Of a DNA stretch of 64,000 bases, positions 1 through 14,111 are shown piece by piece. Origin of the DNA: Setoptus koraiensis (lineage: Eukaryota > Animalia > Arthropoda); contig CM106585.1 of NCBI GenBank assembly GCA_048013815.1, positions 1,488,001-1,552,000 of the forward strand. Direction: 5' to 3'. Under the pieces are notes generated by a model that saw only the letters and a program-made list of their open reading frames with translations, searched no databases and was not told the origin of the DNA. Both the position numbers and the translations under genes were made by a program. Each line of letters begins with the position of its first letter. Positions within the stretch are counted from its first letter, which is position 1.

Positions 1-1639
1 TCTAGTCGCGATTCTCTCGAATCTTCTCCCATGTCTAGTTCCTCGAGGCCGGCGAGAAAAAGAAATCTTACAAGTGTCAACAACAATTTCTCATCCCATC
101 ATTATCTTGACCATACCAAGACACAAGTAAGACAAAACAATGGCAAGCAACATCGTCAAGATATAGATCCGATTGTAGTGAGTTCATCCAATTTTAGTTA
201 TAGTCGACCAAGCGTAGCCTTGTCAGTCAATAATTACGACAATGATCAGTGGAAACCCATACCAGATGATTATAATGGGCCTGTTTTGCCGGTGCAAGTC
301 GATGTTGTGGATGGCATTTATGATTCATCAGCCATGGAGGGTACCAAATATTCGCCCCAAAGAGGCCGATATAGTATTAACACAGCAACAGGTCAATTAA
401 ATGGGAGGAAGTATCTTCATAATGAGAAACCATTAGAGTTGCAGCCGACCCTTACGCATAAGATTTATAAAAGGGTATTACTATGCGACAAGACCTTAGT
501 CAGTTTGGATTTTGCACAAAATTTAAAATCTGAACCTCGTCCTTTTGGAATGGATAACAATTTGATTGATGCAGAAGCTTTGAATGTCATCAATAATGAT
601 GAAAACATAAAACACGTTCGTTCAAGTGGTTCGTTCAAATATCATCAGAATCATTCGCAGAATCATAATGAAATGAAGGCCATCAATAGAAATCATATTA
701 ATAGTGTTTTATCTGAAAGTGATCCGCTAGTTGCGTGTGATATGTGGGATCTTGAGAAAGGTCTGTCGAGCCGGAAGCCACCAAGAGAGACCCTGCGTCA
801 AGCAGTGAGGATTGATTTTCACACCATTCGAGGTAATATATCAATATAAACTATCTATTGACTATACAGTTTTACTATCATTTTAGGATTGTCTCTATCA
901 GTGTAACCTTTCTACTCTTAATTCAGATGCCATCAACAAGTGTAGAGCTCTTAGTGAAAAAATTTTGCCTCCAGTCGAGCTAGAGCATCAGTCATTAGAA
1001 TTATCACCTGACGATGTTGCCTCTATATTTTCCGTAAAACGAGGCCTCATGCCAGGTACAAAATGGTGTGGCTTAGGAGATAGCGCCTCTTCGTATAATG
1101 ACTTGGGTACAAAAAAGAAAATTGATATATGCTGTAGAGCGCACGATCATTGTCCAATCAGGCTAAAACCATTTCGACAAGGTTATGGCATATTAAATTT
1201 GGCCATCTACACAAAGTGAGTTTACTCGACAATCATACATTCACTTTGGTCCGATCACTTAATTTCAATATAAACATACTAATCTAGATTTTCATTTGTG
1301 TTTCCCTTAGATCTCATTGTGATTGTGACGAAGATTTTTACAGATGCCTCAAGAGCACTCGAACTAAAGTGGCCGATCTTCTTGGTAATATATACTTCAA
1401 TGTTTTGAAATTGCAATGCATGCAAACAGAAAAATTGAAGATATGCAAATCTATAAAGTAAGTTACACCATCAAATTCGGAACTTTTCAATCAAATCAAG
1501 CAAAAACTGATATACTATTTACACTTTCATCCCAATGTTATACAGAAAAGTGGCATTGGGATTCGAAAAGTGTGTCAAATGGGAAGAGAGTCCAGACAAG
1601 AAAGTGTTCCGATTTATTCCTGCTCCTGTCGCCTACTGA
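1..1639 (+). CDS. PLA2G3: Group III secreted phospholipase A2 (bee-venom type), 5' end outside the window. Exons <1-832, 927-1215, 1311-1457, 1546-1639
   Basis: Ca-loop motif PGTKWCGLG, catalytic CCRAHDHC and SHCDCD. All three introns are GT-AG and frame-consistent. The frame is open from base 1. Exact orthology among arthropod group III paralogues is not established. Confidence 0.9.
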
Positions 1640-1886
1640 ACTCATCGGTCGATTAGGATCAAAATTAGAGTCTTTTAAAGCGACTAGATTACAGACAAAA
1701 CTATATCAATTCTTAGTCACTTGGCATCACAATTGATAAATAGGTCCAGCCTCTCGATACTGACAACTTTTGGAACGAGTAAAACAATAACACAAACAAA
1801 AAAAAACGTCAAGACTTGTTCGAATTGATTTTCATATCACATAGATCAATGTTATTTCCTATCCCCGATTTTATTTGAGGATAATT

Positions 1887-4800
1887 TTAGGATCTATCAT
1901 CCGACTTGACAATTTTCTCTGGTGGGTCTTCAGGTGTTGCAGTAACATTTGATGATTGAGTCGATGGCAATTCATTTTGCGCACCGTTATCAACTTTTTC
2001 TACAGTAGACTTAAGTGCTTCATCTTTAGTGACCGCATTATTAACAGAATTTGGCTTGACCTTTATCTCGTCTTGACTATTTTTGACAGCATTGTTATTT
2101 ACCTCTGGACTGTTGTGAGTCGGATGCCCACTATCAATTGTACGGCGAACATCAACAACTGATGAATTTGCATCCAAGCTATTTGATGGTGATGATCGTT
2201 CATTTGTTGAATTGGGAGATTTGAAATAATAAGCCAGCCAGGCGAAAACTACCATATCCAATATCATGAGTATACCATAAAAGTAATACTCTATCACCAT
2301 ACTATCGAATAGATGCAACGATTCAACGGCCACAGTCAGTAGATTACCGAATGCGGTGGTCAAAAACCAGGCTCCAAGTATAATACTTTTCATGCTTTTG
2401 GGGGCCACAGAATAAGAGAACTCCAAGCCGGTTATACCGAACATAACTTCACCCGCCGAAATACCCAAGTAGGGTATCAACTGCCATAATATACTAATCA
2501 TATATTTATTATCCTGTAGTTGTTGCAGTTTGATTGTAAACTGCACATCAGTAGATTGAAAACAATAAAAAAAACAAACAAAGGAACAATTAGAATTAGA
2601 AAAAATATACTCAAGATGCAAGGTGTCAAGTTAATGACGACACTCACCTTCTTTGGCTCATACTCGTGGGCTATAATTAGATTTCTTGAACCTGGCTCCA
2701 AAGTCACATTGAAAGGAGCCTGATTCATGCTGCTCGGAAACAACAAACTGAATTGATTGTGATGCTGAGCGTCCACATCGAGATATTCTGTCGACAACAG
2801 GTTCTGGTCAAATGTCTGAAATTGGAAGTTTTGTTTTTTAGCAGATTCCAGTGGCTTCATTGACAGGCTACCCATGTTTGAATGGGCAGTTCCCATGATG
2901 TCCATAATTATCTTGACCCTTGCGAAGCCGGCCGGTGGCATATTGACATTGTCGTCGAAGGCTTTATCTTTTACTTCGCCATTGGCCTGATAAATATAGA
3001 GAAGTTTACTTTGAGCGTTTGGGTCAAATTTGGGCAAACTTGCATTGAATTGCGAGTCGTTATCCAATGGGCAAAAACTGGCAACATGTTGCGCCAACAA
3101 CACGGCTGTGTCAGACAGATTGTTGCTGTTGGAATTCGCCTCTGATTGTTTCGGTGGGCTTTGTAAGTTGAACATCAATTTATAATTGTTATCATGTAAC
3201 AAATCTAGAGTTGTAGATTCAAGTGGGCCTATAGTTTTAAATTTCAACGAGGGCAAAGCTCCTAGGTGCGATGCATCCTCCGACGACAAAGAATCAGAGT
3301 GTTGGCCTGTCAATGATGCCTGGTGCAAGTGATCAATATTGTGCAGTTGCAGCCCAATTGCCTTTTTGTTGCCCTCAAAACTTTGATCTGATTTTGGTTG
3401 GTGTTCGTTCCATAAATGATGATCAACAAAGAGACTTGGGTGCACTAGCTCACAATTGCTCATTCCATTGATGACAGTCAGATGAGCATGTCCTTGTGGT
3501 ACAGCGGTAACGGGACTATATTGATCGATTCTTTGTTCAATGAGAGCAGACGCGAAAAATGTCAGACCAGCTACAACACCGCCCGTGGTCATACGTTGCA
3601 ACGGGGTCTTGATTACACCGCATTTGTCAAATAAAGGATAAATCATGAGATTGAAGACAGGAATGAGGCCTAACAGTAGGAGAGGATTGGCCACTTGTAT
3701 TTGGTCAGGTTTTAGTTCAAAACCAAAAATGTGCCCATCCATTCTAGTTGCTTGTAAAGTCCAACGCGAAGATTGCTGATCAAATAGACACCAGAATACT
3801 GGCAATGGCAGAAACAATACTAAGACAGCCAGCACTGACCGGAATTCGTCCAAGGTTCTCTTGTCGTATCTATCCAATGCATAATAAATCCAATGAGTTC
3901 TCTGCAATGATCGTGGGTCTACATCGCAAGCGGGCATTGTGTTGACAGTTAATGTTGAGGCGTCCGATGAGCTTGTCTCTTCAACAACCCGGACTCGATT
4001 CTTGCTAGACTTTTTTCTGGCCCATTTGTTCTTAATGGCGTGCTGAACAGGCGTGTATCGAGAAACAAAATGTTGTTTTACATGATCTATCTATTATCAA
4101 TTGGGCGACAATAACTGATGAGTTGATCTGCATACTCACGTAAATACTTTTGACGAACGAGACTAGAACGTTGGCCTTTGGTAGTGGAACTATAACATAG
4201 TTTGATTTGGCCAAAACGAAAAATACCAGACCAACAAACATTAATATACATGGTACACCAAAGGCAAGTGGAAAACAATCAGGTCTTCCGTGACATTGTA
4301 CATCGCTGCGAAGAACTGGCGTCAAAAAGGTCGATATCAAACTTCCGGCATTTATAGAGAAATAGAACATGGAGAAGAAGTTCTGAATGCGTTTCTGTTC
4401 GCTAGTTAGAAATTGGTCCCCACTAAGAGCTGTAACGCAAGGTTTTATGCCGCCAGTGCCGCTGCCAATTAACACTAGACTTAATATGGTTAGTCCGACT
4501 GAAAGGGCACTGTTGTTGATACAGGTATTAAGATAATTAACGATCAATTGATCAATATTAATATAGTAATCAAAAAAGTCAGTCGGTGTGTAATGTATGC
4601 TTGAATAACTTACTGATTGTACCATATTATGGATGAAATGACAAGAAGTAACTCTCCTAAGAAATACACTGACGACAAGTACAGTATGGTACTAAGTGAT
4701 CGCGGTTGTTTGACAAATTGAAATTGTGTTTAGAAGGATGAAAATGATGATTAATTTGTATTTATATTGTTGTTCAATGTTTCATGAGTCATTGTCATGT

Positions 4801-5526
4801 TAGTTGAGCTCTTACCGATATTTGCCCCAAATGGAATCGCCCAGAATGGCACCGAAGATGGGCGTGAAATAGCATAGCGTCATAAACAAATGAAAGGATA
4901 TGGTAGAACCGGACTCTGAGAATCCTAGCACGTCTCTGAAATATAGTACAAGAATGGCTACAATCCATCAGTGAGCCATTGGTTGCATTCAATTGTATGG
5001 ATAAATTAGTAAATAAATAAAGATAATTAGTATTCATGCCGGTTGAGTCAGACAGACATTGCTGGTGCAATGTTAAGTTGCTGTAATTACCTCTGAGGCC
5101 GTAAAATGAGAACCTTTCACAGAACTCATCGCAAATAATGAAGAAAACATATTTTGGATAGGGCCGTTCCTTAGTTGTCGAGGCCTCGGGGTCCGTCAGA
5201 GATTGCATAAGAAGGTTCTTGCTATATTGGTTGTCCCTGGTCAATTGTGATTCATCTCTGACTAAAACAGGTGCCCTCGATAGTAGTTTCTTTTCATTTC
5301 CAGTAGCTGACTTGCCGATGATGTCCGATGGCTGCTGAATAAGTCTGTTTTCATTCGTGTTGTCCCATCTCTGTTTTGCATCAATGTCACTCTTACTGTT
5401 GTTGTTATCGGTATCCATTAGATTATTGTTATTATTGATAACGTTTAAGTTGATGTCACTTGTGGAACCAATGTTGTTAGCATTTTCTAAATTGTATTTA
5501 TTGCGACGGTGTGACAATCTTGGCAT
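1887..5526 (-). CDS. SLC15A1: Proton-coupled oligopeptide transporter (POT/PTR2, PepT1/2-like). Exons 5091-5526, 4816-4957, 4614-4691, 4140-4509, 2648-4042, 1887-2540
   Basis: Motifs EFCERFSFYGLR, GTGGIKP, FSMFYFSINAGSL, TM2 His (FHLF), PDQIQ and GEVMFGITGLEFSY. Large extracellular domain between TM9 and TM10. Five GT-AG introns joined in frame by hand. Confidence 0.95.
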
Positions 5527-5732
5527 TGGTCTCGGCTGATCATCCGTTGTTTCCTGACATTGTTATGCCAAATGATTATATTAATATAATAATGATTAGT
5601 AAGGCGTCAATTACGTCTAGTAGTTTGCGACTATCTTCACCAGTGGGCACACAAACATTTATGCGGATTATTTGAGCAAATAATAAAAAACCGTTGTGAC
5701 AGCAAGTTGTTGTCAATCTCCGCTGTCGCACG

Positions 5733-5740
5733 TATCGATA
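5733..5740. promoter_or_regulatory. DRE-like element TATCGATA about 200 bp upstream of the PepT start codon
   Basis: Exact match to the Drosophila DREF site at a promoter-proximal position. An 8-mer can occur by chance; another copy is at 49053. Confidence 0.25.
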
Positions 5741-8700
5741 AACAATGATTTACAATGACAATGAAAAATCATCTGTTGCTTTGAGGGCAAGCGTGAATAT
5801 CAGGCAAGCAAAGCGGTTTTCACAACTAATAATTCACTCATACTCGATAATACATGTACAATCATGTAATCATGTAATAAATACATGATAATGCAGTTTG
5901 CTTCACAAATCCGATTCACAATTGCAACAATCCAAAGTGGAAATGGGCGCGCATTCAATCCTTTTGTTTCGAACAACCCTGCATTGTGCAAACGATTGCT
6001 ACTTTCACGTCACGCAATGCTTTTAGCGCTTTTCTGTTTATTTCCGACAAAATAGTTCAACCCAAAACGATGTTGCTGTGAATATTTTGCTAGTTTACAC
6101 GCACAACTACGGGCGATTTCGTTATTCAAAAAGTACTATCAGAAACATTGAAGGAGTTGTAATGGTGATTTCGTGAGTCCCTTGCTCTTTCTATCGTTTT
6201 GTCAGTACTAGAATTGCTGCTGTCAAATTCCGCCTATTTTCGCGTCATGTCAGATAAACCGAAGCTGCAACTCGTGTTTCATGACTCAAGCAAAGATGCA
6301 CAAGGCTAGACTGGTTTCGCCTTTTTCGCTGGTTAGCCAGAAAATATCCCATATATATAATAATAACAATAATGTGTTTGTATTGGGTTACTCACTGTCA
6401 GATAATTGTCAGTTGAGCCGGTCGATGAACACGCCTTGGATGAGGAGACGTGTCAAGAAATATTCATTGACATCTCGTACCATGCACTCATCTAGAGAAC
6501 GAGCCCTCACCACAAAATGGAGAGGACTTGGGAATTTTTCAATGCACACAAATGATTATAATTAATGTATAAGAAATTCACCCCATCCAGCTATTGATGC
6601 TTGTCCCCAGCTAAAATCAACCAGCATACAACATGTAGAAGCCGCGCGAGAGAGTAACGAAAAAAATGAACTAAATTCGAGAAAAATTGCGACAACAAGG
6701 TATAGAACACTGGACCAGAAGAGTGGTGACAATTTCGATTCAAATGTTATCTCGCCAGGAACAAATCACAGGAAAAATCATCGTTGGGCTACAACAATAG
6801 ATGAATGCACAAAATATGTCAACATGACGAGAGTATTCTCTAGCATAAAAGAATCGAAAGTTATAATCAGCGATGATAAGGTGAACTTGAGATTATGGAC
6901 CATCTCAGGAATCAGAGGACGAAAACTAACAAATGAAGTTCACACATCTAACATCTAAATATCTGATTGGAACAAAGGATTTCTCATACTCATTATCTTC
7001 ATATGAACACGGTATTTTGTGAATACTCTATAGTTTCACAATTGTTTTTATAGTTATTATGCAACACTCACCTTGTTAGATAAAACAGAGCCGTAGCCCT
7101 GATTTATTAGTTGAGTCTTGGATATTATGGATTCGTCGGACATTATTAATCAAATGGTGAACTATAGTATGTTATTGAATTTATATGTTGTTCTGGATTC
7201 TTTTTCAACGCTCTTAATATTATAACCTCGCCAGAGCTCCTTTGTCGACGACATCAACATCAGCAGTCTGCTCTCTCACTACTACAAACTCAATCGATTA
7301 TTGTTATCTTGAATTTTCTGGTTTTTGTAAATTTTTCCAAACTGAATTCTCTTTCTGTGAATTTCCTATTTGTTTCTAGTCAGTGTTTGACTATTAATAT
7401 CGTTTGCTAGAATTGTATCCTCATGATCGATGACTTGCCAATCATAATAACAGAAATATGCATTTTATCGCAGCAGCTGTTATTGGATAATCATAAGTCA
7501 AGTGTTTATGTCGATGCTTGCCAATCATGATTGAGCATTGATGATTTCTGACACTGGCACTAACTACTCATCGAGTAGTGTTGTATACTGCACTATATTT
7601 ATGTTGATGGTGAATTTGTATGCGTATTCATGACAATTATCACTAATGTAACCTCATCTTAATTGCAAATCAGTCACCAGATTAAAAATTTAGATCTGTA
7701 AAATATGTTTGCAGATTGTGTGCTGACAATGTTCTGACAGATGCGATAATAATTTAATAATAATGATAATATTTGTAGCGACTCTATGGGATCATAAGTT
7801 TAGCGATCTTTGTGCGACTACCCACTAAACTCTCTCGGACTACTGAACACAAACAAGTGAAAACAAGTTCACTAAAGTTGGATAATCTGACTTTCGACGG
7901 AACTTTTTTACAACTCGGTGAAGCGTGATATACTGCCAATTAGTAGAATATAAAGTTGCTAGAGTGATGCAAAGGCCACTGTATTTGTCAATAGTCAGTC
8001 GCTATTTGATTAGATTAATTGTAATTGTCGCCTAACAACGTCGACACGCCTTTGCCGAGCACACAATAGCGGTGCGACAACTACTAGTAGCCAGCAGGAA
8101 AAAAAAATTATAATGATGATGAACTAAATAATTTATTGCTTCTCTATTGTGTTTCATTCAGCTAATTAACTCGAAAACTTTCATCAATATATCATCGCTG
8201 TTGTATTGAAACTTTCAATTATTGTTGATGAAGCGATTCTTTTGTTGAAAGTGCGAGTGTTTTCAAAATCCTGCCATTGCAGCTCGTATCTGTATTGCTA
8301 ATAGCAATGGTAGTAATACAGTGTACTACTAGCAGAAGTAGTTGCATAACCTGATTAGATGCTGATCTAAATCAATTAGCCGTTCACTAGCAGCACTGTA
8401 ATACGGCAGGTAAAGTTAGATGTAACTATGTGATATGCAGTACCTCACGAGTGTGTCCATTAGTCGGGCTAGCATTCGAGGCAGCAATATCTCTTTCTCG
8501 ATGGCCATTAATCTGTGAGTGGCCGTTACTTTGCTCCATGTTAGCTTGTTTGTTATGTCATACTGGTCATGCTAGTTATGTAATCACAACTAGCAGAGAA
8601 TCGTAGCAGTATTCAAGCTGTGCGAAGAAGCTCTAGTCACTAGTTATAATTGTTATGGTTGTTAAAGATGCCAACTTAGTGTTATGTGTAATTAACAAGC

Positions 8701-11337
8701 GTTTGATTGGAATCATCAAGCGAAGAAGCTCTCTCGTTATCGTCGACTGAAATGGCGAACATAAGTGGAAAATGAATTAAGTTGCCTTTGAACACAACCA
8801 TTGAATTGACGAGAGAAACGATAAATTAAATGTCGTAAATATTTATACGATTATATACAATAAGTAGAATAGCAAAAGCAAAACCAGAAGCTCAATCTGT
8901 CTAGCTGCTGCATAATCATATAAATTGTCCGTTGTAAAATATTATTATTGATATATATATACATACCACTAGTAAGCAACAGATTGGAAGCTCGATAAAA
9001 AGAGGAGAATTATTATTATTATTTACTCATTATAATTATGACTTTATCTATCCACATTGCAATGATGAGCAACAGCAACAAGCGGCAACAAAATGAATGT
9101 TGTCTCATCAGCCGTCGTCATGGTAACTGCCCACTGCCAACAACTGGTAATGGTCAACAACAACAGCAACAACAACATTGGCCTGCTCAACCGGCTAGCT
9201 TGCCAACTTGTTGTTATCCAAAAGAGACCAGAGACATTGATGATGTTAATAAGTATAAATAATCAAATAGAGGCTTCTGCTTCTGCTGCACCATCGTACG
9301 ATGTTGATACTGATCAGAGTTGTTTACTTTTATGTTTAGTCGCTTGTTTGTTTGTTTTTTTTTTCAAGATTTCCATACTCTTACCGTCGGACTGTGTTAA
9401 GTAATTGTAAAGACGGCATCATATACAAATGAATCATAGCTGATGATACTCGACCAATACACGTCATATTTTACAAACTTTCTTTTTCTCATACACACTG
9501 TAATAACAACACACAACGCAACAAAATACAATGTGGTAGATAAATACCCATCTACTGTTATTATCAGTCTATCCACCGTTTATTATTTGATTTATTCCAT
9601 GTCTGACCTACACATACAAGAACTACCTGCTTCAACTAGTCTAAAATTAAGCTACACACAGCAAAGTATCAAAATTGACCATTGACCGCTCATGAAAAAG
9701 TAACCTTATAGATGATTTCAATAACTTCAACACTAATCCATAGACCAATGCTTTTGAATTAGTTAATCATTGCCGAGAGTCTCTCCCTCTCTTTGACCCG
9801 GATCTAACCTTGGTCGAGCAACGGTTACAGTGACTGAATCCACTTATCTCTTTAAATTCACATTTGGTTTTATCGACCATTATGCAATCATGGATTACAT
9901 AATCGATTTTAGCTATGCAGCAGCAACTCTAATCCATCTAATTTGCTCCCAGTCAAGTATGTCTAACAAAAATGATGGTTACTTACCTTTTAACGCAGTC
10001 ACATCTATATTATAGTATATTTATCTTTGCGACGTTGACTTCATTGAATACTTTTCATCACAAAATTTGAGCTTTCAGCACCCGTTCGACTTCTTTCCAT
10101 CAGCACACATAGGGACATGCCAGGATTAAATCATCTTCATGTGATACCTTCTGTGTATATGTGAGCCTACAATTAAGAGCAACAACTTCAGCTACAACAA
10201 GTGCCATCATCATTTGTTTTATTTATTATTGTCACATGACGGACTTAATAACGCTTAATGAAGACCACTAATCGGGATGAGATCAGAATTGTGAGCTAAA
10301 AATTGGATTGTCAAAGTGAACATTGACAAACAATCAACATGGCTCGCGTGACACCATTCACTATCTATGTTGTTTGAGCTAATATAATTCAATAATAATT
10401 AGAGCAAATGTCGCTTCAATTCAATAATGAGAAGCGTGTGGGAGTGTGACTAATATTAGATTGATAAGATAGCGGCTGAATTCTTATTGGGCTTGAACGG
10501 CGCCAACGACTGTTGTTCTTTATTTTTGTTTTATATGTAACCAAGTATTATCATAGATCACATTCCTTGATAGACATCTATGATATAGAGTGATAAACAT
10601 CTTGATCGACATACAATTGTAATAGCGTAGTTATTCAACGTTATTAGATAATCATGGAAGTTTCCGGATCGCAATGTGAAAAGCATAATATGCATATAGT
10701 TTCACTAATTGATAAAAAGCGACAACAGCCACTTCTTGAGATGATCTGTGAATGATTGAATGCAGATGATATTACTGACATCCGATCTTGATAACAATCG
10801 CTAATTAAGTACTTAAGGGGGGACAATTGTGCGAACTATTTATCGTCGATTCTAGTCTCGAGAGACTCGAAACTACAGTAACAAAGCCTCCGTGATATCA
10901 TGACAGTATCTCAACAGTCGGCGTTTACTTAAATATCTGCTGGCTACTTGGAGGAGATTTATGCAGCTGACTCATTGCAACTTTAGGGGGAATTGTAAAC
11001 TTCAATGAGGAGTCCTCGTAATCCGCGTCCTCACAATCAACGGATCACATGTTATTGTTGATCGTTTGGTAGCCTTTTTTTTGCACTAACACTGAATACC
11101 GATTAATTTTTGTCAAATATCTCTTCTTGTTATGTCATGATATTTTTGCCAACACTCTGTCAACTTGCCCTGTGAGAGGCTGTACCAACTTTCAGGTTTT
11201 TCTCAACACTGACAAGTTGTGAGAGTCTTTTGGGCTACAGATTGACATTTCACATTGCCGACTATTTTGGCTCACAATGCGAAGAAAAAAATGTCCAGGA
11301 TTCAAAACTGGACATTGTTTGTTTTTGCTGGGTGAGT

Positions 11338-12010
11338 GTATGACATACGAAATGTCATCAGTATTGCAACAAATGTAGCAAAAAGTATCTCGTGATTGTG
11401 CAAGGATTGATGTTGGTTACCTCATCAGAGGCTTGAGCGAGGCAATCGTCAAGAAAGCAGCTCATCGACAATTAAAAAGGTAGACAATGGGGGGTCATTG
11501 TGTAAGTGTACGAGAGTAGTTGTTGACCAGTAGATCAAACAAACATCACTCATCCTCTCGGATATTCATTGTGAGTGTTGCTGAAAATTTGAACGATACA
11601 ACGGTTGTCGTATTCAAAAGTCAACGTTTGAATAGCAACAGCGATTTATGTTGTTATTTGTATCAACATTTGCAAAAAGAGATTTCACTATGACGTTTCG
11701 TAGGGTTGACATATCGACGCTTGGGGGAGTTAGAAACAAAATCAAGCAGCCTCTCGATACTCGTACCGATTAGCTGTTGACGACTATGTGTACGAGAAGG
11801 GGGCATCGCAACGGACACATGAGTGCAGTCGGCCGAAATCAACTGGTCAGTTGCTAACCGGCTAATATCTCAAGGAGTGGGGTTGGCTAGTCGGTACGAG
11901 TGTCGGCTAGTTTACTTTTTGCATTGTGCAGTTTTGCATTGTCTGACACATCAATTTGTCACTAACGTCAATTCTTACACTGGCTTGCTTCTAACTTTTT
12001 GCTGTATTAT
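11338..12010. repeat. Dispersed ~650-bp repeat, copy A, with a ~22-bp internal inverted repeat (about 11753-11776 paired with 11885-11906)
   Basis: Near-identical to 14112-14787 over the first ~500 bp with only a handful of substitutions; more diverged toward the 3' end. Confidence 0.9.
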
Positions 12011-14009
12011 CACTGCTATATCAACTGAAAGGTTTTTTTGTTGTATTAATCAACTTACCATGAGTATCAGAATATCCGCTTGGTGATTATTGTTTGCAGC
12101 GACATGATGATGAATCTTCTATGGTAACGAGTGACAATAATATGTTAGTTGTAATGATTAAACTTGTCATATCACCTCGTTTATCTATTCGGCGTATGTT
12201 CGCTGCTAATATAAATGAATATTTTGTCGAGATTGTTCGTTGATTAATCAAGACATAGCTCACATAGGTGTTGTTATGTCGCTGTCAAGTATAATGGCAT
12301 TTGTATCGGAGGATAACACTTGATGATTGTTGTGTTTGTGTAAAACTTTCGTTTGCGTCGTTGGAGAGTTAGGAGCTTCGTGATGACAAGAAAGATGTTA
12401 GATAATAGCCGTTCCACATATCATACACAATGAACATTTTGAGCTTGTCAAGTTAACTGTAAACACTTGAGCAAGTGAATCAATCAAAGTGATGCGATTA
12501 AGACAAGCCACCAAACTAGAACAAATCACCTGTAAACACTCTGGTTGGATAATGGTGGCTGCTAACGGTTCACAGCACACAGTTTGAAGAAATACAAGTA
12601 ATGGCGTCGGTGTTAGTGTTGGTGTAAAAATGGACAGAATAGCCGTACAGTTAGTGGTTGTTGTTGTTTGCAATACAGCAACAACAACTACCAAATACTA
12701 ACTGTAGGAATGAGAAGATAGACCAAACCGCAAACGATAAGCTAAACTAGTCACACATTATAAACATAAAACAATGCTCACAGTCACTACTGTCAAGTCC
12801 ATCCAGTTAATGCGAACGGTTGTTGTTATCGGCGCATCACAACTTTGCCATAGAGCACCGATAAGCAGCTCATTAGTTTGGCCAGTCAGCTCGCTTGGAT
12901 TAGCGAGATCATTTTGAGTTAGATCAGTTGGATGAGGTGAAGCAACTGCATCGGCTGCGCTGGCTGTATGTGAGACGGACAATTTTAAGTGTGAGTGATA
13001 GACGATAATTGATGGCTTCTCAAATCTGTGCCTGTCTTCGATGATGTTGTTAAATTTTTATACGATCTCATGGACTGAACTTATGATCATTATGCTAGTT
13101 TAGTGGCGTACTGTTGTTGGTCTACCCACTGCTCAGCGCACATCTATTTATGATTATTTTACAGATAAAGGTGTGAGTTATTTCAGTCGAGTTGACTTGA
13201 GTCAATAACATCAACAATAACTCCTCCAGTTTTCTCTTTCTCTGTATGCAATTGCATGAATGAAGTGAATGAAAAAGTGCCAATACTACAAGCTATTTAT
13301 GTTGAAGTTAACAACTACTACGGTTAGCAGAGAAAGGGAGTCTTGCCATTGTAACCACCACCTTGTGGTAATGCGTGTGAGAACAGCCAACAATTGCTGG
13401 GGTATTATCTCTCTAAAGCACTCACGGCTAGTTGACCAGCTGCCAATAAATAATCATCAATATACTCTTAGGTGCCGCATAGCTCACCACAGTACTGCTG
13501 CATGAGAGTCAGAGATTGTGCATTCGACCAGGTAGAATCGACCAAGAATAAGGCACTTGATGAAATGAACAGATTTAGCATAGGACATAGCACTATCTGT
13601 ACCTGTATCTATTCATCGGACACCATTGTGAATAAAACAGTTTGATTAATTATTTGACACTCATCTCATGCAAAGCATAGGATGAACATGTGTATAATGT
13701 GAATCGATACCTCATACGTTGTTTTTGTCTATTGGGCCACCAGTTTTCATACATGCTAGCTCTATTAAATGTGACTCATGCTATTGTGAGAATCTTTTTG
13801 CGATTGACTTGGAAATCTTGACTATACTTTTGGCGACTATCGCTACTGCTAGTGATGGTCGCAAAAGACATCCGCACTGTTGATTTATTGATGGCGTAAA
13901 GAATAACAAACAAGAGCAAACAACACCTCAATGGGCTTGCCAGTTAGATGATGGCGACTATGAGTAACTGTTACTTTCACCCCATTTGACATTTGGGCGC
14001 TTTTTGCCA

Positions 14010-14077
14010 AAATCAACTGGTCAGTTAGCCAATTCAGAGTATCCACACATCGCTCGCTTCTAAATATTCGGTACGAG
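14010..14077. repeat. Partial third copy of the repeat, keeping only the boxes AAATCAACTGGTCAGTT and TCGGTACGAG
   Basis: The same two boxes occur at similar spacing (~36-41 nt) in copies A and B, with unrelated spacer sequence. Confidence 0.6.
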
Positions 14078-14111
14078 CAATGGTCAATCTATTGCTTCTG
14101 TCAACTCTTGT

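Noticed and set aside
1748-1760. 13-nt identity (AGCCTCTCGATAC) with the repeat at 11748 as a possible RNA target site in the PLA2/PepT 3' overlap zone
   Set aside because: Many 13-mer coincidences are expected within 64 kb.
6800-6880. HDESIL*HKRIESYNQR resembling a Merlin/ISXO2 transposase DES motif
   Set aside because: Too degenerate. No TIRs or further motifs were found.
12905-12917. 13-nt match to bantam miRNA (GAGATCATTTTGA)
   Set aside because: The first base and 3' half differ, and only a tiny local hairpin forms, not a pre-miRNA stem.
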